A stretch of DNA of 64,000 nucleotides from NCBI GenBank assembly GCA_947482345.1, contig CANKJN010000001.1, forward strand, positions 1,558-65,557, read 5' to 3'. Below, piece by piece: positions 18,568 to 27,489 of this stretch (position 1 is its first letter; the number at the start of each line of letters is the position of its first letter). This DNA is from Spartobacteria bacterium. Its GTDB lineage: Bacteria > Verrucomicrobiota > Verrucomicrobiia > Chthoniobacterales > UBA6821. The notes under the pieces were generated by a model. That model did not search any database. It was not told the DNA's origin and saw nothing but the letters and a program-made list of their open reading frames with translations. Made by a program: the position numbers and the translations under genes.

Positions 18568-19223
18568 CGGTGGCAGCCTCCGCAATTGACGGGTGGGTTG
18601 ACCTTCCACTCCTCCTTGAACCTGGTGCCCAGCTCACGCTGCTCGGCGGCCGAGGAGGGGTGCCAGTCCATGTTGAAGATCTCCGAGGGAGGACGGAGGA
18701 AGTTCTCGGGGGAGCGATGGCAGTCGAGGCACCACTTCATGCTCAGGGACTCGGCCTCGTAGACCACGCTCATCTCGTTGACCGCGCCGTGGCAGCTGTA
18801 GCAGCTGACCCCGCGGTTCACGTGGACCGCGTGGTTGAAGTAAGCGTAATCGGGTAGGCGATGGATCTGCACCCAGGGGATCGGCTGGCCGGTCTTCCAG
18901 CTCTCGCGGACCGGTGCGAGGCGGGGGCTGTTGGAGAGGATCTTGCCCTCGCCGTGGCAGTTGATGCAGGTCTGGGTGGAGGGGAGATTCGAGTGGCCGG
19001 CCACCTCGACGAAGCTGTGGCAGTAGCGGCAATCCATTCCGAGCTGCTTCACGTGGAGGGCGTGGGAGAAGGGAACCGGCTGGTCGGGTTGGTAGCCGAC
19101 CCGGGTGTATTTCGGCGTGAAATAGTACCAGACCCCGAGGGTGATGGGAGCGCCGACAATCAGCCCGCAGACCAGCAGCTGGAGCGGGAGCCAATTGGCC
19201 CATCTGGGAAAGAAATTCGACAT
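18564..19223 (-). CDS. actA: Alternative complex III subunit ActA (pentaheme cytochrome c)
   Basis: 219 aa. N-terminal TM and five CxxCH motifs (CRYCH, CINCH, CYSCH, CLDCH, CGGCH). Confidence 0.9.
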   Translation of the reverse strand: MSNFFPRWANWLPLQLLVCGLIVGAPITLGVWYYFTPKYTRVGYQPDQPVPFSHALHVKQLGMDCRYCHSFVEVAGHSNLPSTQTCINCHGEGKILSNSPRLAPVRESWKTGQPIPWVQIHRLPDYAYFNHAVHVNRGVSCYSCHGAVNEMSVVYEAESLSMKWCLDCHRSPENFLRPPSEIFNMDWHPSSAAEQRELGTRFKEEWKVNPPVNCGGCHR

Positions 19224-19338
19224 TCGGGTGGTTCGGGACGCCCGGATGGAGGAATTCGCAGGCCGGAATAGAGTAGAAAGATGAGCGTCGAAGGCAAGAA
19301 ATTTGCCTCGAAAATAACAGAGAGATCAGGAAATCAAG

Positions 19339-19420
19339 AACTCAGGAAGAGGCGCGAAAGGAAGAAGGCAAAATGAAGAATGAAAAGTGAGGAGCCTTTC
19401 GTCCCATCTCTTCCTGAGTT
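19339..19420. repeat. Long imperfect hairpin: 13-nt perfect arms plus inner 7-bp stem, purine-rich loop
   Basis: AACTCAGGAAGAG (19339-19351) is the exact reverse complement of CTCTTCCTGAGTT (19408-19420). Inner pair CGAAAGG/CCTTTCG. It lies in the divergent region between actA and the DUF192 gene. The arm sequence resembles the 42.2-kb repeat. Confidence 0.6.
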
Positions 19421-19424
19421 TCTG

Positions 19425-19447
19425 CCGTAACGGAAGCGAAGCAACGG
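19425..19447. repeat. 23-nt dispersed motif CCGTAACGGAAGCGAAGCAACGG (copy 1)
   Basis: An inverted copy with one mismatch lies at 59141-59163. Confidence 0.6.
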
Positions 19448-19514
19448 ACGGGTTTGCAATTCCATATTTCCAGCCTCTGCCTATACGCTGGGGCCATACC
19501 CGCAGGTCGTTCCC

Positions 19515-19973
19515 ATGAGAAAATCCATCCTCACCCTTCTTTCCCTATTCCTTACGGCCTTTCTGCTTCAGGCGGGGCCGAAGCCGCAGTTTGACCTGCC
19601 CAAGGCCACGCTGACCCTTGGCACCAATTCCCTCTCCGCCCAGATCGCCGCCGACGACCCCTCCCGCGAACGCGGCCTCATGTCCCGCACGAACCTTGCC
19701 GAGAACGAAGCGATGGTCTTTGTCTTCCCTCGGCCTCAGCCCGTCGCCTTCTGGATGAAGAATACCCCCATCCCGCTCTCGATCGCCTATGTCGGCCCCT
19801 CGGGCAGGATCTTCGAGATCCACGACCTCAAGCCCTTCGACGAAACCCCCGTCCCCAGCGCATCGGGCGCCGTCACCTACGCAATCGAAACCCCTCAGGG
19901 CTGGTTTGCCAAACACGGTGTCATGGCAGGAAGCGCAGTGGGCGGACTCCCCTCACCCACGACTGCGAAGTAG
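19515..19973 (+). CDS. DUF192 domain protein (secreted)
   Basis: 152 aa. Signal peptide and the block RERGLMSRTNLAENEAMVFVFPRPQPVAFWMKNTPIPLSIAYV typical of DUF192/COG1430. Confidence 0.85.
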   Translation: MRKSILTLLSLFLTAFLLQAGPKPQFDLPKATLTLGTNSLSAQIAADDPSRERGLMSRTNLAENEAMVFVFPRPQPVAFWMKNTPIPLSIAYVGPSGRIFEIHDLKPFDETPVPSASGAVTYAIETPQGWFAKHGVMAGSAVGGLPSPTTAK

Positions 19974-20096
19974 GAGTGGGAAGGTGAAAGGTGGGAAAAT
20001 GGCTGGAAAGTCCCGCCAACCCTCATGGTTGTCACCTCCATCCTCTCAAACTGCGAAACTTGGGCTACGGCGAGCAAGCAACCACGCAGCTCTGCG

Positions 20097-20834
20097 CTAA
20101 AAGCGTAAGCATTCCACCATCTCTCGCGTCGCCTGCTCGATCCCGACGAAGAGTGCGCGCGAGACGATAGAGTGGCCGATGTTCAGCTCGACGAGCTTCG
20201 GCAGCACCAGGATCGGCTTCACGTTCACGTAGTTGAGCCCGTGGCCCGCGTTCACCTGGATGCCTGCTTCATCGGCAAGGCGGGCGGCCTCGATGAGGCG
20301 TGAAAGTTCCGCATCGCGGGCAGCTCCCGAGGCCTCGGCGTAGGCGCCGGTGTGGAGCTCGACGACCGGAGCGCGGAGTGAAGCGGCGGCGTGAATCTGG
20401 GCCGGGTCGGGATCAATGAAGAGGCTGACCCGGATCCCCGCGTCGGCCATTGCTTTCAGCGTCGGCTCAAGCGCCGCGCGGTGCGTGATGCAATCGAGCC
20501 CCCCTTCAGTCGTCACTTCCTCGCGGCTCTCGGGCACGAGGCAGACATCGGCAGGAAGGACCTGTAGCGCGATCGCCACGATCTCCGGGGAATTCCCCAT
20601 CTCGAGGTTGAGCTTGGTTGCGATCGCCTCCTTGAGCCGGAAGATGTCGCGATCGACGACATGCCGGCGGTCCTGGCGCAGGTGCGCGGTGATGCCGACG
20701 GCTCCGCCCCGTTCGGCAGCCAGGGCGGCCTCGACGGGATCGGGTTCGACATTGATCGAGGCGGCGTTGCGGGCATACCGGGCCTGCCGCACGGTGGCGA
20801 CGTGGTCGATATTGACGCCGAGCAACGCTGACAT
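20097..20834 (-). CDS. pdxJ: Pyridoxine 5'-phosphate synthase
   Basis: 245 aa. LGVNIDHVATVRQAR, GITAHLRQDRRH, VELHTGAYA, VNAGHGLNY. Confidence 0.95.
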   Translation of the reverse strand: MSALLGVNIDHVATVRQARYARNAASINVEPDPVEAALAAERGGAVGITAHLRQDRRHVVDRDIFRLKEAIATKLNLEMGNSPEIVAIALQVLPADVCLVPESREEVTTEGGLDCITHRAALEPTLKAMADAGIRVSLFIDPDPAQIHAAASLRAPVVELHTGAYAEASGAARDAELSRLIEAARLADEAGIQVNAGHGLNYVNVKPILVLPKLVELNIGHSIVSRALFVGIEQATREMVECLRF

Positions 20835-20846
20835 CGCCGTGAGTGC

Positions 20847-22379
20847 CTAGTGCCTGAAGTGCCTCTTGCCGGTGAAGACCATGGCGACCCCGCGCTCGTT
20901 GGCGGCGGCGATGACCTCGGGATCACGGACGGATCCGCCGGGCTGGATGGCGGCAGTGGCACCCGCCTCGGCGGCGGCGATCAGGCCGTCGGGGAAGGGG
21001 AAGAAGGCGTCGGAACAGACGACGCTTCCCTTGAGGGAGAGTCCGGCCTCGCCCGCCTTCCAGACGGCGATGCGGGAGGAGTCGACGCGCGACATCTGGC
21101 CGGCGCCGATGCCGAGGGTGCGGTCCTTGCCGGCGTAGACGATGGCGTTGCTCTTGACTTGCTTGACGACCTTCCAGCCGAATTCCATCGCCTCGATCTC
21201 GTCCTTGGTGGGCGGGCGGGCGGAGACGACATGGTGCTCGATGTTTCCAGCCGTCTCGTTCGAGGCTGCGTCGGCATCTTGGACAAGCATGCCTCCGATG
21301 ACGGAGCGGATGTCGCGGTCGTTGGAGGGGATCTCCTTCAGGAGGCGCATGAGGCGCAGGTTCTTCTTTTTCTGGAGCAGGGCGCGGGCATCGGCCGTGA
21401 ACTCGGGGGCGATGATCACCTCGCTGAAGATTTCCGAGATGGCGCGCGCCAGAGCCTCGTCGACCGGGCGGTTCGCGATGATGATCCCGCCGAACGGCGC
21501 GGAGCGATCGGTGGCGAAGGCCTTCTCCCACGCCTCGGTGAGGTTCTCGTCGCTGCCGACGCCGCACGGATTGGTGTGCTTGAGGATGGCGACGGTCGGC
21601 TTGGTAAACTCGCTGATCAGGCGGGTGGCCGCGGTGATATCGAGGATGTTGTTGAAGGAGAGTTCCTTGCCGTGAAGCTTCTCGAAATAGTCGAAGAAGC
21701 CGCCGTAGAGCTCGGCCTCCTGGTGGGGGTTCTCGCCGTAACGGAGGCGGCCGGCCAGCGGGAACTCGAGCGAGAGGGTCTCGCCGGGGGCGCTCTCGTT
21801 GTCGAGGTAGGAGCTGATGGCGCGGTCGTAGGCGCCGGTGGTGGCGAAGGCCTTCACCGCAAGGCGGGCGCGCAGCTCCGGAGTGGTCTCGCCGTTGCCC
21901 GATTTCATGGCGTCAAGGACGCGCGGGTAGTCGGCGGGATCGACGACGACCGTGACGGAGCGGTGGTTCTTGGAGCCGCTCCGGATCATCGAGGGCCCGC
22001 CGATATCGATCTGCTCGATGGCCTCCTCGAGCGTCACGCCCTTCTTCGCGACGGTCTCCTCGAAGGGATAGAGATTCACGCAGACGAGATCGATCGGAAG
22101 GATCCCGTGCTCGGCGGCCTGGGACTGGTGCTTGGGGTCGTCGCGGAGGAAGAGGAGTCCGCCGTGGACCTTGGGGATGAGTGTCTTCACGCGGCCGTCC
22201 ATCATCTCGGGGAATCCGGTGTAGTCGGAGATCTCCCTGACGGGAATCCCTGCGGCCGCGATCGCCTTGGCGGTGCCGCCCGTGGAGAGAAGCTCCACGC
22301 CCTGCTCGTGCAGGCCGCGGGCGAAGTCGATGAGTCCGGTCTTGTCGGAGACGGAGAGGAGTGCGCGTTGGATTTTCAT
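20847..22379 (-). CDS. purH: Bifunctional AICAR transformylase / IMP cyclohydrolase
   Basis: 510 aa. [46 protein letters not shown]-terminal FTGKRHFRH. Confidence 0.97.
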   Translation of the reverse strand: MKIQRALLSVSDKTGLIDFARGLHEQGVELLSTGGTAKAIAAAGIPVREISDYTGFPEMMDGRVKTLIPKVHGGLLFLRDDPKHQSQAAEHGILPIDLVCVNLYPFEETVAKKGVTLEEAIEQIDIGGPSMIRSGSKNHRSVTVVVDPADYPRVLDAMKSGNGETTPELRARLAVKAFATTGAYDRAISSYLDNESAPGETLSLEFPLAGRLRYGENPHQEAELYGGFFDYFEKLHGKELSFNNILDITAATRLISEFTKPTVAILKHTNPCGVGSDENLTEAWEKAFATDRSAPFGGIIIANRPVDEALARAISEIFSEVIIAPEFTADARALLQKKKNLRLMRLLKEIPSNDRDIRSVIGGMLVQDADAASNETAGNIEHHVVSARPPTKDEIEAMEFGWKVVKQVKSNAIVYAGKDRTLGIGAGQMSRVDSSRIAVWKAGEAGLSLKGSVVCSDAFFPFPDGLIAAAEAGATAAIQPGGSVRDPEVIAAANERGVAMVFTGKRHFRH

Positions 22380-22421
22380 GAGAGAAAGGGTGTTGTCCTC
22401 ACAGTTAGGGAAGCTGATTCC

Positions 22422-24272
22422 CTAGTGGGAGAACTGGAGGCGGTAGAGATTGGTGTAAACCTCGGAGGAGTTCAACAGTTCGGCGTGGGTTCCCGTGGCC
22501 ACGATGCGTCCATGGTCCATGACGACGATCATGTCGCTGCCGAGGACGGTCGAGAGCCGGTGGGCGATGGCGATCACGGTGCGGCCCCGGGAGAGCTTCT
22601 CCAGAGCGTCCTGGATCATCTTCTCCGACTCGGAGTCGAGGGCCGAGGTCGCCTCGTCCAGCAGGAGGACGGGAGCGGCCTTGAGCAGGGCGCGGGCGAT
22701 GGCGAGACGCTGCTGCTGGCCGCCGGAGAGGAGGCATCCCTTGTCCCCGACCACGGTCTCGTAGCCGTGGGGTTGGGCCATGATGAAATCGTGGGCGTGG
22801 GCGAGGCGTGCCGCCTCCTCGATTTCGGCCTTCGTAGCGTCGAGACGGCCGAAGCGGATGTTCTCGTAGATCGAGTCGTGGAAGAGGAAGCTCTCCTGCG
22901 TGACGATGCCGATCTGCTCGCGCAGCGAGAGGAGGGTCAGGTCGCGCAGGTCTCGCCCGTCGATCAGGATCCGGCCCTGCTGCGGGTCGTAGAAGCGGAG
23001 CAGGAGCGCAAGGAGCGTGCTCTTTCCGGCACCGCTCGACCCGACGAGCGCGACCTTCATGCCCGGCTCGATGACGAGACTGATCCCGGTGACGGCGTTC
23101 CCGCCTTCCTCGCCATGGGGGCCGGTCGTGCCGTAGGAGAAATTCACACCCTCGAAGGCGAGATGCCCCCGCGTGGTCTCCAGCGGCATGGCTCCCGGAA
23201 GATCGTGGATGGAGGGTTTCGTGTCGAGCAGCTCGAGGGTGCTGGTCGCCGCGCCGAGGCAGTTCTGAAGCACGACATGGATGCGGCTGAGGTTCTTGAT
23301 CGGGTCGTAGAGCAGGAACATGCCCATGAGCAGCGCGATGAAGCTGCCGATGGAAAGATGCGAGTAGTGGACGTAGACGAGCGCCAGGGCGACGCCGCAG
23401 GCCGAGACGCTCTCCATCATCGGCTGGACGATGGCGGTGCTCTTCTTGACCTTCATGCCGGAGCGGAACTGCTCGTCGCTCGACTTGTCAAAGAGCCGGA
23501 GCTGGAAGGCCTCCCGAGCGAAGGACTTGATGACGCGGATGCCGGCGAAGGACTCCTGAAGGATCACCGCCATCACCCCGGCCTCGTTCTGCACGGCATG
23601 CGCGGCCTTGCGGACGCGGCGACCGTAGATGATGACCGGCAGCAGGAAGAGGGGGAACAGGACAAAGGCGAAGAGGCAGAACTTCCAGTCGATCCTAAGC
23701 AAGACGGCGATCACGCCGATAGCGGTGAGAGGCTGTTTCACAAGCTCCCCGACGATCGAGACCAGCGACTCCTGAGCCATCTGCGTGTCGTTGAGGACGC
23801 GGGAGAGGAGCCGGCCCGACTGGGAGCGGCCAAAGAAGTCGAGCGACTGGCGCATCAGGTGACCGAAGACCCGGCGGCGCATGTCGCGCAGGGCGCGCAG
23901 GCTGACCCAGGTGAGATTGTAGACATTCGCGTAGGCCAGCAGGCCGCGCAGGATCATGACGATCGGGATCGGCAGGATCATCCAAAGGAACTCGGTGACG
24001 CCCCCACCCTCTCCCATCCCGGCTCCCTTGAGCAGATCCGACTGGGAGAACTTCCCGTGGAAGGCCGTGTCGGTAATCGTGCGGACCAGCAGGATGATGC
24101 CGCTGTTGCAGGCGGCGTAGCCGATGCCGGCAAGCAGACCCAGCGCCAATCGGAAACGGTACGGCTTCAGGAAGGAGGCCAGCTTCGCGTAGGTCTCCCA
24201 ATCGCTTCCCAAAAAACGGAAGATCCCCGAGCGATGCTTCTCCCCGTGTTGCTGCTGCGCGTGTGCTGACAT
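22422..24272 (-). CDS. ABC exporter, fused permease/ATPase (MsbA-like lipid flippase family)
   Basis: 616 aa. Six-TM N-domain, Walker A GSSGAGKST, signature LSGGQQQRLAIARA, Walker B VLLLDEATSALD. Confidence 0.9.
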   Translation of the reverse strand: MSAHAQQQHGEKHRSGIFRFLGSDWETYAKLASFLKPYRFRLALGLLAGIGYAACNSGIILLVRTITDTAFHGKFSQSDLLKGAGMGEGGGVTEFLWMILPIPIVMILRGLLAYANVYNLTWVSLRALRDMRRRVFGHLMRQSLDFFGRSQSGRLLSRVLNDTQMAQESLVSIVGELVKQPLTAIGVIAVLLRIDWKFCLFAFVLFPLFLLPVIIYGRRVRKAAHAVQNEAGVMAVILQESFAGIRVIKSFAREAFQLRLFDKSSDEQFRSGMKVKKSTAIVQPMMESVSACGVALALVYVHYSHLSIGSFIALLMGMFLLYDPIKNLSRIHVVLQNCLGAATSTLELLDTKPSIHDLPGAMPLETTRGHLAFEGVNFSYGTTGPHGEEGGNAVTGISLVIEPGMKVALVGSSGAGKSTLLALLLRFYDPQQGRILIDGRDLRDLTLLSLREQIGIVTQESFLFHDSIYENIRFGRLDATKAEIEEAARLAHAHDFIMAQPHGYETVVGDKGCLLSGGQQQRLAIARALLKAAPVLLLDEATSALDSESEKMIQDALEKLSRGRTVIAIAHRLSTVLGSDMIVVMDHGRIVATGTHAELLNSSEVYTNLYRLQFSH

Positions 24273-24347
24273 GAAGTGGAAACCTTACAGGGAGTCGTGG
24301 CGGGGCAGGAGCAAAAAACCACCCCTTCCGGGAATTCTGGGAGTTCC

Positions 24348-24480
24348 AAGTTGAAGTTGAAGTTGAAGGGGGGTGGCACCTTCCCCCTATCTCCCATTCC
24401 CTATCACCGATTACCTATACCCCTTCAGCCTTCGGCCTATCCCACATTTCCCTATTACCTATCCGCATCCCCTATCCCCT
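24348..24480. repeat. Strand-skewed low-complexity intergenic tract: (AAGTTG)x3.5 followed by about eight CCTAT-containing units
   Basis: aagttgaagttgaagttgaag at 24348-24368, then ccctatctccc / ccctatcacc / acctatacc / cctatccca / ccctattacctatcc / cccctatcccctacc up to 24480. Lies between the pilD-like stop and the msbA-like start. Confidence 0.5.
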
Positions 24481-25603
24481 ACCTTCCCCTCACCCAGGCG
24501 AGGTAGAGATCGATCATCTCTGGTCCGGAAAAAATCCAGAGTACTGAACCCAAAGCCAGATAGGGACCGAACGGGATCCGCCCCCCCGAGCGGCCACGGG
24601 TGGCGACCATCAGAGCCACTCCGACAAGCGCCCCCACCATCGATCCGGCAAAGAGGGAGAAAAACGCCCCCTTCCAACCCAGGAATGCCCCGATGCAGGC
24701 CAGGAACTTCACATCGCCGAATCCCATCGCCTCGCGGGGGAGCATCACCTCCCTCACGTCAGCCCGGATCGGCATCGCCTCCGTGAGCGTGGCCAGCGGC
24801 CACTCGCGCCCCCCGTAACGGATACCCGCGTGGGTGATCGTCAGGGTGTCCGCTTCCAGAACAGAGCCGTCGATCTCAAGACGCGTGCAGAGGGCCTCGA
24901 TCCAGTCACTCTCCCGATAGAAGAATTCAGCCAGCGGAATGCTCTCCCCGCCCAGCGCGAGCACCGGATCCTCATCGCTGCCGGTGATTTCCAGCGGGAG
25001 TATCGAGCCCTCCCCCTCCGCGCGGATGCGACGGCGGCCGAAGGCGAGCTTGCCCAGTTCCACCACCATCCAGAGCAGGAGGTAGCCGCAGGCAGCCCCA
25101 AGCAGGGAAAGGAGCAACCCCCGCCACCAGAGCGACTCACCCACCAGGGAAGGGGCCAAGGTTGCGCACAGGACTCCGGCCGCCGTTCCGCCCAGCGTGA
25201 TCTCGTCGGGAATGATCAGGTGATCGAAGTCGATGAAGGTCGCCGCCACGAGCAGCGAGAGGAAGATCCAGAAGATCGGTGCCAGCGGCAGGCCGAAGCG
25301 CCCCCAGGCCAGCAGGTAGAGGCATGCCGTGAGCAGTTCCACCAGCGGATAGCGGAGGGCGATCGGCAGGGCGCATCCGGAGCACCGCCCGCGGAGCAGA
25401 ACCCAGCTGGCGACGGGGAGATTCTCGTGCCACGGGATGGTCTTTCCGCAGCCGGGGCAGAAGGAGCGGCGGGGATTGAGCAGCGAGATCCCGCGCGGGA
25501 GCCGGTGGATGACCGCGTTGAGGAAGGAGCCGGTGATCAGCCCGAGCAGGCCGACCGCGATCCATGCGATCCACACGGGCATCGTTGGCGCGGCGAAGTT
25601 CAA
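24479..25603 (-). CDS. Prepilin peptidase (A24 family) with a large internal insertion
   Basis: 374 aa. Zn-finger region CPGCGKTIPWHENLP...CSGC. First catalytic Asp block FIDFDHLIIPD and second block AMGFGDVKFLACIG. About 95 aa are inserted between GKLAFGRR and REAMGFGD. Confidence 0.85.
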   Translation of the reverse strand: MNFAAPTMPVWIAWIAVGLLGLITGSFLNAVIHRLPRGISLLNPRRSFCPGCGKTIPWHENLPVASWVLLRGRCSGCALPIALRYPLVELLTACLYLLAWGRFGLPLAPIFWIFLSLLVAATFIDFDHLIIPDEITLGGTAAGVLCATLAPSLVGESLWWRGLLLSLLGAACGYLLLWMVVELGKLAFGRRRIRAEGEGSILPLEITGSDEDPVLALGGESIPLAEFFYRESDWIEALCTRLEIDGSVLEADTLTITHAGIRYGGREWPLATLTEAMPIRADVREVMLPREAMGFGDVKFLACIGAFLGWKGAFFSLFAGSMVGALVGVALMVATRGRSGGRIPFGPYLALGSVLWIFSGPEMIDLYLAWVRGR

Positions 25604-25615
25604 GGAAATCCCTGC

Positions 25616-26194
25616 TTACGCCCGTGGGAGACGCTCCTCCACGATCTCGCAGAGGACATGAAGGAGGAACTGCTGCGCCTCTTGGATCCGCGCGGTCTCG
25701 GTGCCGGGGACGATCAGCTCGACATCGGCCGCACCCTTGGTGAAACCACCCCCCTTGCCGAGGAACGAGATTGTTTTCACGCCGCGTCGGCGCGCCTCCT
25801 CAAGGGCGGCCAGGATATTGCGGGACTTGCCGCTGGTCGTGATCGTGATGAGGACATCGCCCGGCTTTCCGAAGGCCGCGACCTGCCGCGCGAAGACCTC
25901 GGTGAAGTCGTAGTCGTTGCCGATGGCTGTTAGGAGCCCCGCATCGACGGTGAAGGCCATGGCCGGATAGGGGCGCCGATCCTCCTTGAAGCGGCAGGTG
26001 AATTCGGTCGCCAGGTGGGCGCTGTCGCTGGCGCTGCCGCCGTTGCCGCAGAACATCAGCTTGTTACCTGCGAGCAGGGCATCGCCGGCGATGGCCGCAG
26101 CCTTCTCCAGATCAGCCTGAAGGGGAGGCAGGGCCTGGAGGACCTCCTGAAGGGAGTGAAGGGAGCTTTGGAACTGGCTCATGGGAAGAGACAT
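25616..26194 (-). CDS. gmhA: Phosphoheptose isomerase (SIS domain)
   Basis: 192 aa. KLMFCGNGGSASDSAHLATEF, ITTSGKSRNILAALEEARRRG. Confidence 0.85.
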   Translation of the reverse strand: MSLPMSQFQSSLHSLQEVLQALPPLQADLEKAAAIAGDALLAGNKLMFCGNGGSASDSAHLATEFTCRFKEDRRPYPAMAFTVDAGLLTAIGNDYDFTEVFARQVAAFGKPGDVLITITTSGKSRNILAALEEARRRGVKTISFLGKGGGFTKGAADVELIVPGTETARIQEAQQFLLHVLCEIVEERLPRA

Positions 26195-26358
26195 TGGACG
26201 GAAGCACAGGGGTGCGTCAAGAGACCAAGCTATCGGAGCGGGAAGGTCTTTTCCTTTGAACGCAGCTTTTGCCTCTTTGCTATTCTGAGTGGGCTTCCGC
26301 GAGGATCTTCACCACCGTGCCCTGTAGCTTGAGAGGGAGGACAGAGAGGGGAGTGAGA

Positions 26359-26588
26359 TTTTGAATCAGAAACCAGGAAGACATGAAGTTAGGAGTCGGG
26401 TATTCGTCACAAAGCTTCCCTCTCTTGGTCGGGTTGCAGTGCGCGTGCTCCTGCAACCCGGCATGAAGATTGAAAGGGGGCAAGGGCCCTCCCGGCTATC
26501 AGTGGCCGGTGATGACCGTCCGGATGCCTGCCCGTCTTGGTTTTTCCTTCTTCTGCTTAGCTTCTGCTGGTTTCTCCGTGATTCAAAA
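26359..26588. repeat. 230-bp element bounded by about 18-nt inverted repeats
   Basis: TTTTGAATCAGAAACCAG (26359-26376) pairs with CTGGTTTCTccgTGATTCAAAA (26567-26588), with a 3-nt bulge. An internal 9-bp hairpin is GGGTTGCAG...CTGCAACCC (about 26431-26460). No convincing CDS inside. Confidence 0.5.
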
Positions 26589-26730
26589 ATCCACTAGATT
26601 TCATCCTTTTTTCCTGCCTTCCAGCTTTGGGTGACCCGGCCCCTACTCCGCACCGTTACGGCTGATTTTCCCCTTGTCTTGTCTTCACCCACTGAAACAG
26701 CAAGGAGCAAGAAACACCACGCAAATGGCA

Positions 26731-27441
26731 TCAAATCCCATCGCTGATAGTCTCGGCACATGAAATCAAGCCCTTTAAAAGTATTTTCGCACTCTTTGAA
26801 GATCCCTTCATTTTCAAACACGATATCGCCAAGGCCGCCACAATCTTTCCGTCACCATTCCGAACAGGAACACCCGTGTCCGTGATGCCCTCGACCTGAA
26901 AACTTCTGGCCGACTCGTACCCCAGCTTCCTGATCCGCGCCAGAACAGATTGTTCCACCTTCTTGCTTTCGGGATGACGAATCGCTCCGTACGCCAAAAG
27001 AATGCGCCCTGACACTGTTCGCACAGGATCCAAGCGCGCGCCTTCCTGCAGACTAAGACGCACCAAACTTCCACCGGGAACATCAAGCAAAAGAAGGGCC
27101 GCATCCCCATCCGGCACGCTCAGGTGAATCGACTCCCCGCATGTTCTGGCAAAAATCGCCATGGGCCCGTGCGCTGCCTGCCTCAGTTTGAAATGGACCG
27201 GAAGCGCCTGGGCCAGATCCACAATCTTGCCGGAGATGAAATAGGCGGCCGAGGAGGACCTGTTCAGGTAACCGCGCGCATGAAGGCATGCCACGGGGCG
27301 CTGCACTTCCGAAACACTCAAGGAAAGCCCCTGTGCGATTTGCGTCAAAGTCGCCGGCTCCGATTGTTTTGCAAACCACTCAATAAGATCAAGCCCGCGA
27401 TCAAGGGCAGGAATCTGAATGGAACGTTTGGATTTTTTCAT
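26731..27441 (-). CDS. IclR-family transcriptional regulator
   Basis: Start taken at MKKSKRSIQIPALDRGLDLIEWF. An N-terminal wHTH and a C-terminal effector domain. Divergent from the sugar-acid genes. Confidence 0.8.
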   Translation of the reverse strand: MKKSKRSIQIPALDRGLDLIEWFAKQSEPATLTQIAQGLSLSVSEVQRPVACLHARGYLNRSSSAAYFISGKIVDLAQALPVHFKLRQAAHGPMAIFARTCGESIHLSVPDGDAALLLLDVPGGSLVRLSLQEGARLDPVRTVSGRILLAYGAIRHPESKKVEQSVLARIRKLGYESARSFQVEGITDTGVPVRNGDGKIVAALAISCLKMKGSSKSAKILLKGLISCAETISDGI

Positions 27442-27489
27442 GATAAATTTTATTGCATACGATAATTTGATGAAGAAACATCCTTTCAA

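Noticed and set aside
20850-24269. 1139-aa plus-strand ORF, the longest in the track
   Set aside because: It is entirely antisense to purH and the MsbA-like exporter, both of which have unmistakable motifs. The translation is Gly/Asp/Arg/Leu/Val-rich low complexity, typical of shadow ORFs in high-GC DNA.
24348-24480. Possible CRISPR array or minisatellite
   Set aside because: The units are only 5-6 nt, there is no repeat-spacer architecture, and no cas genes are nearby. It is treated as a low-complexity tract.
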